From positions 1,798,001 through 1,862,000 of the forward strand of contig OZ234493.1 in NCBI GenBank assembly GCA_965153455.1: a DNA stretch of 64,000 nucleotides, in the 5' to 3' direction. Origin of the DNA: Sphagnum compactum (Eukaryota). The notes under the pieces were generated by a model. That model saw only the letters and a program-made list of their open reading frames with translations. It did not search any database and was not told the origin of the DNA. The position numbers were made by a program, and so were the translations under genes. Every line of letters begins with the position of its first letter. Position 1 is the stretch's first letter. Shown piece after piece: positions 10,801 through 23,799 of this stretch.

Positions 10801-12596
10801 ACTACAATGTTTCTTTTTTACTATGGCCTTGGGTTTCAGGATGGACCAGTTTGCCCAGTTGAAGGTCGGCTTCCTGATGCCACTAAAGGTACAGATTAGC
10901 AACCCTGTCAGTCATATTGTTCTCTCAGTCCACCCTTGTATTTGTATTCCTTGTCTGCCCTCTGATGCTTTTGTGTGCAAGACACTTTCTGGATATGAAG
11001 AGATTGATTAATGAAGAAGCCTTTGTTCCATCTCTTGCATCACCACTCATTGCATATAGGGGATTTTGGTTCAGGGGCAGATAATTATTCATGAAATATT
11101 CCTTTTTTGCCTTCATCTACAGCTGAAGACTGCTCATCTATCAACTGCACTCAAAGGTCTTGTCTCTGATTATTTGGTCTGTAGGTGTGGATCATCTTCG
11201 CAATGTGTTTAACGATGGGATGGGTCTGACTGATCTGGATATTGTGACTCTCTCTGGAGCTCACACTCTGGTATGCTCCAAGTTCTTGCTGAAATTGAGG
11301 TGTGTTATTGAGACATGTCTGCAGACATGAGTCAGTATTTTCAACAGTCGACTGAATTCTCACAGGGCATTCTCCTCTGTGGATGCACAGCATGCACTCC
11401 TGTGCTCATGCTATGATGAGATTATGCACTTAAAATGAATGTCTTGGGTAATGCAATTCTGGAATTCATCTCCTCATTGATCTCTGACCCTTCAATTGAA
11501 TGTAACAGGGTAGATGCCACAAGGAACGGTCAGGCTTTGAGGGTGCATGGACTCCAAACCCTCTCCAGTTTGACAACACTTATTTCACGTGAGTGATGGC
11601 TTTTCATTTCAAAGGTGCTTGAGATGAAGGTTTTTTAAGTGTCATATGGCATTTAAAAGAGGTCTTCTCAATCTAAGTTGCTGGATGCTTTTGAACTTTG
11701 GACCTTTCATGATCAAGCACAGGAATGAGATGCAGACATGGTCTGAGGATTCACAAAATGACCCAAGTTTTGTAGTCAACTGGGTAGTAGGTAAATCCTC
11801 CTTGTCTCTTGCTGCCCATGGTTTTGATAAGGAACTGCTGATTTTGGCAGAGAATTGCTGTCTGGAGAGAAGGAAGGTTTAATCCAGCTTCCGTCTGATA
11901 AGGCACTTCTTGAGGATCCTGTCACGCGTGAACTGGTTGAGCTGTATGCCAAGGTTAGCTGGGGCACTGTCTATCCTTTCTCACAACTTGAAAATTGTGG
12001 ATGCATTGATGGATCATGGAGTGAGACCTGTTCCTTCATTAAACCTCTTGTTAACCTTTTTCTGTTACAGGATGAGGATAAGTTTTTTGAGGACTACACC
12101 ATTTCACACTTGAAGTTATCTGAGCTTGGGTATTTTTTTCACCTCCTTCACAAATAACACTCTACTCTGTACTGGTTGATGAGCATGAAACATCTGACAT
12201 TGTTCACTAGTCTTCAGTGTGGGGTTATGGCAGCTAGTCACTGCCATTTATGGTCTGATACTTTCCATGTCATACTTACACAAGGTTATGGGTATCTGTT
12301 GTTATGTTGATTTTGGTTCTGCTGTAACTGACATAATGGGTATCCTTGAAAGTGTTGTAGTTGAAATTTCCTCTGCAGTTGCATAGGTGTGTATATTATA
12401 TAGTCTTCATCCTATTCATAAGAGGAAGTCAATTAAATAGTATTATGTTGCTTCAATGAATCATAACTCTTGGGGCAGTGTGGCTGTAGAAATTGAAGAA
12501 ATGGTTCAGAGTTTGCAGAAATCAAAGTTTGGATTGCCAGATGAATGAGAGGACTGTTTTGTGTGTAATTGTGATCTCAGGTTTGCTGAGGCTTGA
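7875..12596 (+). CDS. APX: Cytosolic L-ascorbate peroxidase, 250 aa. Exons 7875-7959, 9430-9463, 9753-9927, 10425-10490, 10840-10888, 11185-11270, 11509-11588, 11851-11953, 12071-12129, 12581-12596
   Basis: GT-AG splicing gives 753 nt in one frame: [12 protein letters not shown]...[20 protein letters not shown]...[10 protein letters not shown]...[22 protein letters not shown]...QLPSDKALL...LSELGFAEA*. Distal R/W/H and proximal H/W/D residues are present; there is no transit peptide or TM tail. Confidence 0.97.
8181..9150 (+). mobile_element. 5'-truncated Penelope-like retroelement (RT C-terminal/thumb region plus 3' terminal segment) inside APX intron 7960-9429
   Basis: ORF 8181-8702 has IYP..L...FLDL.V......IFDKR...MPHVHSN....[17 protein letters not shown]....F.....L..KGYP, the typical pattern of Penelope RT motif 7 and thumb. 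It is followed by a T-rich tract and a segment repeated elsewhere in the window. Confidence 0.8.
8890..9020 (+). ncRNA. Candidate structured RNA (hammerhead-like CUGAUGA core) in the PLE terminal repeat
   Basis: CTGATGA at 8920-8926 flanked by possible stems (cactggc/gtcagtg; ctttac/gtaggg; tgtgatagt/actatcata). The core recurs at 4375-4381(-), 4837-4843(-) and 10093-10099(+). A canonical GAAA box could not be placed. Confidence 0.4.
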
Positions 12597-13925
12597 ACAG
12601 CTGAAATGGTTACTACACAACTTGGAGGCTTAGGGAGCAGTAAGAGAAAATCAGCTTTTGGTTGGCACTGCCATCAGTGCTATCCATTTGATGATTCTTT
12701 TACAGATTTGGGGGATCTATTTATGATCTTCATATTTGCTATGTAATTTGGTATGAAGAGCCCTGGACTCTGCATTACAATACCATTATTATAATACACT
12801 AGTGTTTATTTAACACTACTATTCTTGAAGTTTTGTTGAAGGGTTTTCCAGGACAAACGTGACACATGAAACAGCCATCATGAGAGAAGGAAATACTTAC
12901 TAAAGCTCTAAGTTGTGTAGTGAAGTCATCGGTGTCTATGCTTGGCTCCTGGATTGGATGGGCCCCTTGAGGAATTATCAAACTACTTGACAAGTTACTT
13001 TCTCCACTGGTGCAGGAGAAATCTTTTCTAAAGTTTGAACATAGAAGTTTATAGAACCATTTTCTAATCAGATAATTGGTGAATTATATGAACAATTTTA
13101 TTTTTGTGGAAGATGCATGAGTACACTGTTTGATAAGGCACAATCTATGAATATGCTTATAAAACCTCTGGTAATGAAATATTGGACACCACCTCCTTTC
13201 CCCAAATTTAGATAAAAACGTGAAGAATGCGAGTCCTTAATTGAAACAAAGAATCACTAATCACCAAATTTTTGTGAAAGTCATGATGAATGATACCAAC
13301 TATGCATCATCAAGGACTATGAAAAAGCAGTGATGAAACTGCCCTAGGATAAAGTGCATTGTGCACAATAAATGCCATAAAATTTGCAGCCATGTCCAAT
13401 GCCTCTGCAAATGAAATATAACAAAACAGCTCAATGCTTATGGTCTAAAAATTATCATGAGAAATAAAAAGTATATTCACATAACCTTTGCCTCTAAGCA
13501 AACTTTGCTAATTGGGATGAAAGCACAAATACATCTTCTTTCTTCCAATCACATTGCAATAGTGAAATGGAAGATGTTTGTTACTTATAAATAAGCTAGA
13601 TAACTAAAGGTAGTTTGGTATAACTCACTTCAATCCTATCCAAGTTATTCGACATCCAAATCCCATATTCTCCCACCGGCTCTTTGAAAAGTGAAGGTGA
13701 CAATTCAGATCCAATTGAAGCACAGCAGAAACTGTATGAAGCAGAAGTTACAAGTGCAAAATTCCAAGTATCAAGTTTGTAAGATACTTGCTCCTAATGT
13801 GTAAAAGCTCTTCACAATAATGTTCTCTTGTTTTTCGCGTGATAACCATGTTATTATGAGTATATGTCCTGTGAATTTGGGCAATTTTACATTGAGGGTA
13901 TTTTCTCTTCTGAGAATCCAGGGCC

Positions 13926-16900
13926 TCATTTAGGATTAGGCTTTTTGATTGTCAGCTCAGCCCGCAAATGCAATACACTATCATGGAAATATTCAGAGTC
14001 TTCTGAAATGAAATGCTGCCAGTTCATCCCAAAAAGGTTTCTGTACCCTACTGCCTTGCCACCAGTAAAAACATAGCTCCCTTTTGATTTCACCATGAAC
14101 TCCCAAGTTGGCTTTGTTCGGGCAGCAAATTCATAGTCCACTGCAAAGCTCATGGACCCCTTCTCCTGTAAACAAAACAGATAATCAACTTCCACTTCAG
14201 GGCTCACAGTCTTCCACAAAAGATGCACAAATTGAAGTTACAATAAAGTTGTCTCTTTTGGCAAGACAGTTGACAAGCCAATCTCCTTACTAACCACAAA
14301 CTGATTATATATATTTGCCAGGGCATGACTCAGCAAGCATAGGAGCACAGGCACCTCCATGTAAAGGATCATAAGGTAACAGAATCCAATGCATTGAGAG
14401 GTGATGATTGTGCAGTGTGCAATTCTACAACGTTCAATGTTTCTTCTATCATGCTATGAATCGTCCAAACTGTTTTAGGTTGCTGTAAAGGACCAGGTTG
14501 CAGAACAAGTAGCACACAAAGGTCCCTATATCAAACTTATAATCTTTTACTCAACCCACCAGTTTAACCTATGTGATTTACAGAAATTAAACACAGTCAG
14601 ATAAAATATATATGTCATCTGACACAAACACTTGAACAACATTGATGTAATTGTGGAACTAATGAGTCAGAAACAGAATTACGAGAGAAAGATCCTGTGA
14701 CCATGCAAGAAGAGGAAACAGCAAAATTACAATTGCAAAGCGTGGCAACAACAGCAGGACCACCAAGAGCAGAGGAGACATGCACATCCTTGATATCTTG
14801 CTATGCCAAGACACCTTCAAGCAGGGGAAAGAAGAAAAAATAGTACACACCTGCATTCCTAGGAAAAGCCCAAAGCATTTGCATTGGCCCTGTTGATCCA
14901 GATTGCAATGGGCAGAGAGAAAGAAGCCTTGACCACCCAAGTGAAATGCTTGGGAATAAACACGGCCTTGTGGAAAAAGAGCACGGCACTCATCGATTTT
15001 GAGATCAAAGAAGACAAGACACTGCTGATATGGAGCATCAAATTCCACCACTTTAACAGGCCTGTATTTATATGCTCTCTCACAATAACGCTTATGCAGA
15101 GTCTCCTCCAGTGCAAGCTGGCGTTGCCGATGTGGTGGTTCTGCACGAAAAAAGAGAGCCTCCAGAACCAGTTTGGATGCCAGCTCATGCTCAAAGTCTG
15201 CACAGTTAAGGACTTTCCTGAGTTTTCGACTTGACATCATTGGAAACCGGATGAGGCAGACTATTCTGGAACCAAGGACTTCTCGCCGTTCTTCAAGTTT
15301 GGAATAATGCTGGCGTGCCCACCTCAATGCGAAATCATAGACAGCATCCTCACTTGGTACTTGTAGGTCATCACTTGAAAGAACTGCTTCAAAACCCGCC
15401 AATGGAAGACCCATTACATCATCACTAAACCTGCATCCATCCCATCACAGTAGAGTATCAACATAAAACCCTCAAACCTCACTACAACTCCAATCAACAA
15501 CTTAAAATGATATGGTCTTGTGACATCCATGACACACTTGACAACCCTACATCATTCCTCCAACCAAAGTAGTCATGGTAAGTAAAAAACCCTACCTTGT
15601 AATATCTTTGTACCGAGAAGCCAAGTAGGAGCGAGCTGCATCTGTTAGGGGTTGTACGGCATCTGCAAGGAGAACACTAGAAGGAAGATCCAAATATAGC
15701 AATGCAGACTCTGCTGTCATAGGCATATTCCGAAGCAAGCGACTGCAATATCGCATACAGGATGCAACCTCATACTTATCTGCAGCCATTAAAACATCAA
15801 GCACAGAGGAGGGTGTGTTCGCATGAACCCTCCCACTGTACATGAACTGCAGCAAATCCATCAATGGCACCTCCTCTGCAACCCATCAAATTTATCAGGA
15901 AAACCCACATCAAAGACCTTGCATCACAAAACTAGGATTGACAACAAGATATTCAGAAGTAACATTCCACTCAGGAAGCTTGCACTGGAGTTTTAATTTG
16001 ATAAGTCTTCACGCCAAAGAATGAATCTGGGTTGTCAAACTTTTCAATTGCACCTTAACAGTTGCTCGTTTGTTGTCTTCAAAATAACAAGGTTACCAAA
16101 CTACTCACCAATTTCAATGCTCTTGTGATTCTGTATGAGGAAAAAAGCGTTCTTTGCCAACAAGGACTGGTAGGTGTAAGCCTGCTTAAACAATGAAGAG
16201 GCCCATTTGGCAGGAGAAAACCCACCTGAAGGAGCAATCCGCAGTGTCACACCCCGTTGTTCCGATTCCCGCATCCCGTTTGAGAACAACTTAATCCATC
16301 AGATTCAACCCATTACATTCAGCACATAAAACTGACAACCTCAATCAAGAGTTTGACAACAATTGTTTGGACCAATTAATATCTCGACAAACAAGCAGGG
16401 GCATGACTGAGGGACAAAACATTCTATGATATAAGAACAAAAGCAATGCCAGCAGCCAGTAGAAAGGCTGCAATAATAGCCTTCACATGTGTGCTTTAAA
16501 ACCTCAGTCTGCATACCTTATAAAAGTAAGGGCTTTTGGCAGCAAGAATTGCTGAGCTTATGTGCACAGATTTGCTTCTGAGTACAGTTGCCGTTTCCAT
16601 GTTCCATGACCCAAAACTTCCAGTTCCATCATCTGCTGAGACCCCAAACCCAACCCTGACATCAGTCACACATCCAAGTCTAACTGTTCTTCATGTGTAC
16701 TAAAGAAATGTAGGATTGAGAATCCAGCAATTGCCTTATGAACATAAGCACTCTCTTTACTGACAGATTTAATAGAACCCTAGAAAGAAATATCTGCATA
16801 AATACTCTCTGAGTATCAATTGCCTTCTGGAGGATGCTCGCTGGCCCAGATTTTCTCATTCAAACAATTTTTAAGGAACAAGAGAACCTCCAGGGCTCGA

Positions 16901-17901
16901 AAACATGCCACTGCCTCCACATGGCTCTTCCTTCATAGCAACACCTTCTTCTTCAGCATCATGGGGTGCTACATCATCATCATTAACAAGCATGACCTGC
17001 TCTTCTTGTCCCTCCACTGATTGTGCCTCTGAAATTTTTCCCAGCAGCTTTGATACACCCTCCACAACTGAACCATCCCATGAGACAAAACCTCTTCAAA
17101 AGAGCTCTCTGCCAAATTTGTTACACAAACTCCTTGCAGTAAAAATGGCAGGTATGACCACTTCCTGCAAGAACATTGCCTATTCCAACCGCCCAATCTT
17201 CATTGGAAGGAAGATATTAAAATAAACCATCCTCAATAGCTGGGATCATTCGAGCAAAGAAAGAGAGAGGTGTTCAACTGCTCTTACAAGACAGATTCCT
17301 TAAAATTCCTCAATGTATGTAAATGGAGTAAGGCACTCAAAGCTTGGAGCAAATTGGCTTACAACCATGCGAAATAACATGGAGGTCAGTGGAAATGATA
17401 TGGCATGAAACTAAACATTGTGGGAGAAAAGCTTGAAAATTTGCTGAACTGCTTGGAATCTGCATGGTAGTAGGAGCTTCAGTGCAAAATGCACGATGAA
17501 CTTTAGGGGTTGAACTGGCCTATTCTTGAATGCACATACTCCTCACAACAAGTAGAGGCTAACATTTGATCTGGATATCCACTACCACTCTCAACAGACT
17601 AACTGTAGCCTTCAATCTCTTGCTAAGAAGATAAACTGGGACATCCTGTGCATCACTGGATTTTATTTGTGGTATATATTTGGTGACTAGGGAAAGGGAG
17701 AAGGAGCATACCTGCTTCTGTATTGTGGTCTGCTCGCCGCCGTTTCTTCTGCCTTGCACAAGAGCTTTCTGCATCGAACTTCTCAGGAACTGCAAGGATA
17801 TCTATCTGAAGCACCCTATCTGAGAAATTGCTGTCATTGAATGCAAATGTGAAGGTCACAGGTGCTGATGCACCCCCACTACTACATCCCTCATGATCCA
17901 T
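13926..17901 (-). CDS. POB1: BTB/POZ-BACK domain protein of the POB1/LRB family, about 526 aa. Exons 17901-17712, 17016-16909, 16635-16517, 16289-16226, 15875-15596, 15430-14851, 14165-13926
   Basis: Spliced frame of 1581 nt with [92 protein letters not shown] and [14 protein letters not shown], matching the Arabidopsis POB1/LRB proteins. Confidence 0.95.
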
Positions 17902-19509
17902 GGGCCGTTTTGTGTTCTTTATGCCAACAGGAAAATCTTAAACCTCTGCCTAACATGCCATGTACTCAGCTCTTTCAGATGTTGAACATTGACTTCTGAC
18001 ACCCTGTCGGAAAGTTTTGCCCATCTCAACACTTCCTTCACCTGTCAAATTTCAGATTCCAAATATGTTACTGGAGCACATTGTTCATCACAAGTTCCAG
18101 ATAACACACCTGCATACTCCAGACACATATCATTGTGAACCAACTTCTTGACCTTCCACCATTGCTGGATAGACATATTTCCATGAGATTGCAGAGAAAG
18201 ATCCACATTAGCAATCTGAAATTCACTGTTATGCCAAAACCTGGAAAAAAAAAACTGGCACAATGAGAACAAGTGTGGTCATGATATTGCGAGTGTAACT
18301 CACAAACTATCAGACCATTGCCATTATCAATGAATAGCAGTAACTAGTGCAATTATTACACACTGACTTCATCGGCTCCCACCAGTGGATGTAGGTAAGT
18401 GTACAAGAATCTACCAAAATTTTAGGCAAACAACTAGACAAATGTTTGTCCTGAGTTTCTTTCAAATATCCAGAAGCAATACCCCACACTCTCACAGCAT
18501 GATTCAGCTAAAAACAGCTTTCCCGCATTAAAAAGCACATAATAGATTGCCCCACAGTGCATGTAGGGAAACCTCTTGCAACACTACAGGACAACAACCA
18601 GGAATGGCTTCTATCCCCTGATCCTGCACGATTCTTGAAAACCGATAACCTAAAAACATAGACAACAACATGAGCAACAGAAAAGAAAAGGGGAAAAATA
18701 CACTTCCTAAAGAACACGAAACAAGCAGCCACTGTGCTATCTAGTGTGTTCATGACCACAGGTATTCTTCCGCAGAGAGTTCTACCTAAAAACAAAAAGC
18801 CACCATGAACAACAGAGAACAATAATGCCATAGCAGCGTCATCACAAGCTTAACGCAAACCCTACAAGCTTCCTCTCAAGGACGAGAAACATCAAACCGT
18901 AGACACCAATACAAAACACAAAACTGACATTCATTTCCAAGAAGATGACCGAATAGGAGGCGCGGCGAATAGAGAAGAGAAGGAGGAGGAAGGCCTGGTA
19001 TCACAAAATACTAGCAAGAACGACGCGGCATTGTTGGTGATGATAAGATAGAGAGATAGAGAGAGGGGGCGGGGGGAAAAAAGTTTAACGGCAGAACACA
19101 AACCTTGTTCACTCATAGTGACAACCTCACATCACGGCTGCAATTCTTGAGAGGGTGGGGGCGATGATGCTGATGATGCATGCATTCATTTTTGCAGTTC
19201 GTCAAGCCGCCATTCCCCTTTTGTCTTCACAATGCTTTTCACTGCTGCTTCTTCTTCTTCTTCTTCTTCTGGTTCTCGAGAGCGTTTGGCGACAAAACCC
19301 TTTCCTGCGATGAGGATGCAGAAGAAGCGAAAGACCTTTACTTTGCTTTCCTTGCGTGTATGATTGGGGCTCTCAAAAGCTGGAAGCCCCAAAAAACAAA
19401 CAAATAGGAGGTGGGCACTGGGAGGGGGAGGCGGAAGGGCGAGGGTGGCCGGGGCTGGGGGGGGGGGGGTGCGGTGGCCAGAACCCAATTCTGGGGTCTT
19501 GGTATCTAC

Positions 19510-22500
19510 CAGTGTTGGGCTGGTTCTCTAATTCTGACGCGGTTCTCACAGTGAGAACCGGTTGACATGGTTGATTGTGAGAACCGGGTGGAGAATCGAC
19601 CTCCGGTTCCCACATGAACGAGAACCGGTTGGGAGAATCGTTCCTCGTTATTTCTAATTTTGGAAACCCGGACAGGTTCTCTCAGAGAACTTACATCTGG
19701 TTCTAGGTAGTTTAAGGTTTAGGGTTCCTAAAGAACGCACTACAGCTTAATGAGGCAGAGGTGTTGTTTAGGGTTAGGGATAGAGAACTTGCATCTGGTT
19801 CTCAGTAGTTTAAGGTTTAGGGTTCCTAAACAGCCGCTGCAGCTTAACGAAGCAAAGGCACTGCTTAGGGTTAGGGGTAAAGAAGAAGTATAAAATTGAA
19901 GCCCATGTTTCATTTTTTGTCACAAAAACTTTTTTTTGTCTTCTAGAGTTGTAGTGATTAGTGATGTTCATTTGTGTTTGTTTGTTTGTTGTTATTGCTT
20001 TGTGTTGCATTTGTTAGATTCTAGTTTTTAGAATTTAGTTTTTTTTTTCATGTTTTTTTCACAATGCTCCTCTCATGTTGATTCTCTGGTGTTGTTCTTC
20101 ACGTTGCTCCTCTCATGTTGCTCCTCGCACTATTTCTCTTGTGCTCCCTCTTCTTGCATTATTGTTCCTTATGAATTATCGTTCTTCTCATGCTGCTGCT
20201 CTTTAGGTGTTGCGACTCCTTTCACGTTGCTACTCTTCTCGCATTGTTACTCCTCTCACACAATTCCTCCTCTCATGCAACTCCTTTCACATTGTAGCTC
20301 TTGCACCGCCCTTCCCATGCAGCAGCTCTCACATTGCTCTTCCCGCGCTACAACTCTCGTGTCACTCCTCTCACACTATAGCTTTTACGCGGCTCTTCTC
20401 ACATTGTAACTTCCATGCAGCTCCTCTCATGTTGCAACTCTCAATTGCTCCTTTCATGTTGTAGCTTTAGCGTTACTCCTCACGCGCTGCCCTTTTCGAA
20501 CTACAGAAGCTATGCGTGCTACTCTTCTCACGTTGCAACTCTTCTCCCGCAACTACTCTTCTCACATTATTTATTTCAAGTACCTACTAGCTTAGCATTT
20601 GTTGCTTTTCTCATGCTGTCATTGATACTCCTTTCACACTATTACTTTGTTTTGCTTAGTTGGTATGGTATTTCACCCCTACCCTTGCCATGTGCAAGTG
20701 AAGCTTAGAGCTTCGACTAAGCTTCGACACCAACTCGAACACCAAAGGTCAGAGCTTGGAACTTCAACACTAACTCGAACACCAAAGGTAAATTACATTG
20801 CATATTTTCATTTTTTGATGTTTTTTTTTAATTGCAACTTCGTTTTATTTTATTTGTTTTGTTGTTTTTTTGTTGTTGTTTCTACTTTGTTTTTTTTTCA
20901 TTTTGTGTTGTTTCTTTTCATTATGTAATTATTTTCTAATTGATGTGTTTTTTTTTTGCAAGATTTTCTAAACTTAAACATAAATTATAAATTTTCTTCA
21001 CCTAGAAAACCCATACATTTTCCAACCTTATAATCCCCAATCCCTAAATTTTTTCTAAGAAAAATACATATCTTATTTTTCTAAAATCTTAGAAGATAGA
21101 TTGCATTTCATAATTGCTTATAAATGTTTTTTAGTCTTTGATAAATAACATTTTGTAATTGTTTGTAGTTGTTTGTAGATGTTAGTTTTTAGTTTTTAGT
21201 TTTTTGATAAGATCATTTATTTATTTTTTCGCTACTCATTAGGGCAGTAATTCTTAATCACAAAACAAATTAATTATTAATCACAAATCTAAGTAATAAT
21301 GGAACAGTTTCTAAAAAATGAAAATACATGTAATGTATTCATGAATGAAATAAGAATATAAGATGAAATGTTGGTAGAACCTAAAGAAATGGTTAGTCTT
21401 CAAACAGAAGGAAAGAGGAATTCAAAAAATAATTAAAAAAATTACTGAAATTACATGCTCATTTGGAAAGGAAATAGTAGAAACGCATTGTGTTGGGCAT
21501 TTTATTGTGTTAATGATAACAAAGAAGTTAGTGCAACAACTCCTCAAACTATGTGATGTATTTTTTGTCACAATAATCTAGTATTGAATATAAATCCAAA
21601 AACACAAGCTAGGAAAGGATTAATCATATATAATTCATCTAATGGCATAGTTGCATTGAGGAAACATGTCAATTTAGATCATCTTAATATTTTAAAAAAA
21701 TTTGAAGAAGAAATGAATTGTCCTTTGAAGGGAGATGAAAGATGACCTTCCAAAAAGAGACCAAATGTTTTTTCTAATTCCATAACTAGTTCTTTTGCTG
21801 TAAAAAAACCTTTTAAATAATATGATGTGCAACAAAAACAATTTCTTGAATATTTGAATCTTTTAATTGTCAAAAACCATCTTCCTTTACAATTTGTAGA
21901 AAGAAATTGGTTAAAAAGATTTAATATGCATTTGTGTCCCAGAATTATTTTTCCTTCAAAAAAACAATTTTGTAATGAATTACTACTCAAATTAGTGGAA
22001 AAACTAAACAATTATATGTTTTACCAACTTTAGTGTGATGTCATTATATAACTAAAAGCTTTGATCTGTGGACGTAAAAAGCTAGCCATGATATTTTTGC
22101 ATTAGTGATTAAATTTTTAGGAGATGATTAGCAACCAAAGCACATTACCCTTGGTCTTTTTGAGCCAATAGACACTATTGGACAAACTTTGGCCAAAAAG
22201 TTGACAGAATTGTTGGACAGTTATGCATTGAGGAGAAAAATAATTGCTTATGTCAAGGATGAAGGATCTAATCTAAACATTATGATTATAGCTTTAAAAT
22301 CAATTGTAAATTGTGATATGTTGAGTTTGGAGGAAAGTTTTCAGGGCATTTATTTTGGGCATGCATTTTCCAAGGCTTGCCAATATGCTACAACGAAGGA
22401 AAAAGTTTGCAAAGACTTACGATATGTGTCAATCAAATTTGTTCAAGGAGATTTGTAAAAATGCATAGTTTCGTTAAAAAAATCTAGAATGGGTAGGCAA

Positions 22501-23350
22501 GAATGGGAAAAGGCATGTAAAAATTCAAGGCTTCCCCCTTGGAAATTGAATACTCCAATGAAGTAAAGGTTATTTTTAAGTTTTTTAAATTTTTTTATGT
22601 GCACATTTTTTGTCAATTTTTCCTTTGCATAACATTTTCTTCATTTTTTTTCAACTATTATTATGCATAATCTAACATTTTCTTTTGTTGTTATAGATTT
22701 GCCAACAAAGTTATCCTTTTCCAAGAAGCTTTGCAGTTCAAAGAAACAATTATATTATGTTACAGTAGGCAAAATTTTGTGAGAATGAATGCAAGAGTAC
22801 CACCTCCTTTGACATGGCACATTTATCGCATCATTGTTGACTTGGCCCTGTTGTGTCTGCTTGTATTTTGAACCAATCTAAGGGTCATTGGTTGTTAAGT
22901 GATGCACTAAATTTTGCCATATCCATGAATCTAAAATTTAGAATTGAAATTGATTCTGAAACCTTTGACAATTTAATGAAAGAAGATGGAAATGTTGCTT
23001 ATGAGTTGTCATGTTAGCCTCCAACATAAAAAAAGGACGTTATTCAGGTTTTGGATTCTTTTCTTTCCTTCTTAAAAAAATATGAAAAAAGGAAGGCCCA
23101 TAATATGTTTTCTTTAATGTTGGACCTTAGATTTAAAACTCTTCGTCTTATGTCCTCACTTATTGGTCGTGAACAAGGTAAGGCAATTGTTGAAAAATAT
23201 GACAAAAAAAATTTATTTCGTATGTTTCTGAAATGTTATTATCATTTGCATCCATTGGTTGAATTTGAAAGGGGTGTTGTTGATGAAAAGGTTGAAAAGG
23301 ACAAGAATTTGGATTTTTTGAAATTACAACAAACACAAATGAGCCAACAT
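19510..23350 (+). mobile_element. Decayed hAT-superfamily DNA transposon (left end, subterminal repeats, fragmented transposase with an intron)
   Basis: Begins CAGTGTTGGG, with gagaaccgg subterminal repeats at 19545-19690. BED-like finger (CWAFYC...CIFCH...LRKHVNLDH), then FDLWT, YVKDEGSNL, FGHAFSKACQYA and MLDLRFK. Many stops and frameshifts; truncated before the dimerisation domain. Confidence 0.85.
20060..20650. repeat. Low-complexity 'ctcctctcatgttg'-type short tandem array inside the hAT element
   Basis: Many degenerate ~15-18-bp units; the overlapping S/L/C/H-rich ORFs are a by-product. Confidence 0.75.
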
Positions 23351-23799
23351 GGAATTGGAATGCGGTTAGAATTGTTTATGGTTTTAGGGACCCTTCTATT
23401 AGGATGGTTGATAAGGAGCGCATTTGTTTATTCCATTGGACTTAATCATTCGATAAGCACACCAAACAACTAATTAGACTTGAGTTGCAAATTGGGCACA
23501 AAACTTTTTGTCACCAATATAAGAATGCCACATCCCTTGGGGAAGTTGATAGTCATTATGTTCTAATTTGTTGCTGACCAATGGCTTTCATTTGGGGTTA
23601 CTTTTAAAGCAGGTGTCCATGAGCTTGGCAATTGGCTTAACTTTTGGCATTTTTGTGTCAGACAGGGAGGTTTCATGGTCGATGTGAGTATTTCTTCTCT
23701 GAACTTCCTATGACTTCCTTTCTTTTCTGTGCATTCAAAACTATAAAATGTCCATTGTCACTCAAGTTCCATTTGCAATCTATCTCATTCTCCATTATA

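Noticed and set aside
20050-20928. Several 85-119-aa ORFs
   Set aside because: Products of a low-complexity repeat inside the hAT element; open in multiple frames.
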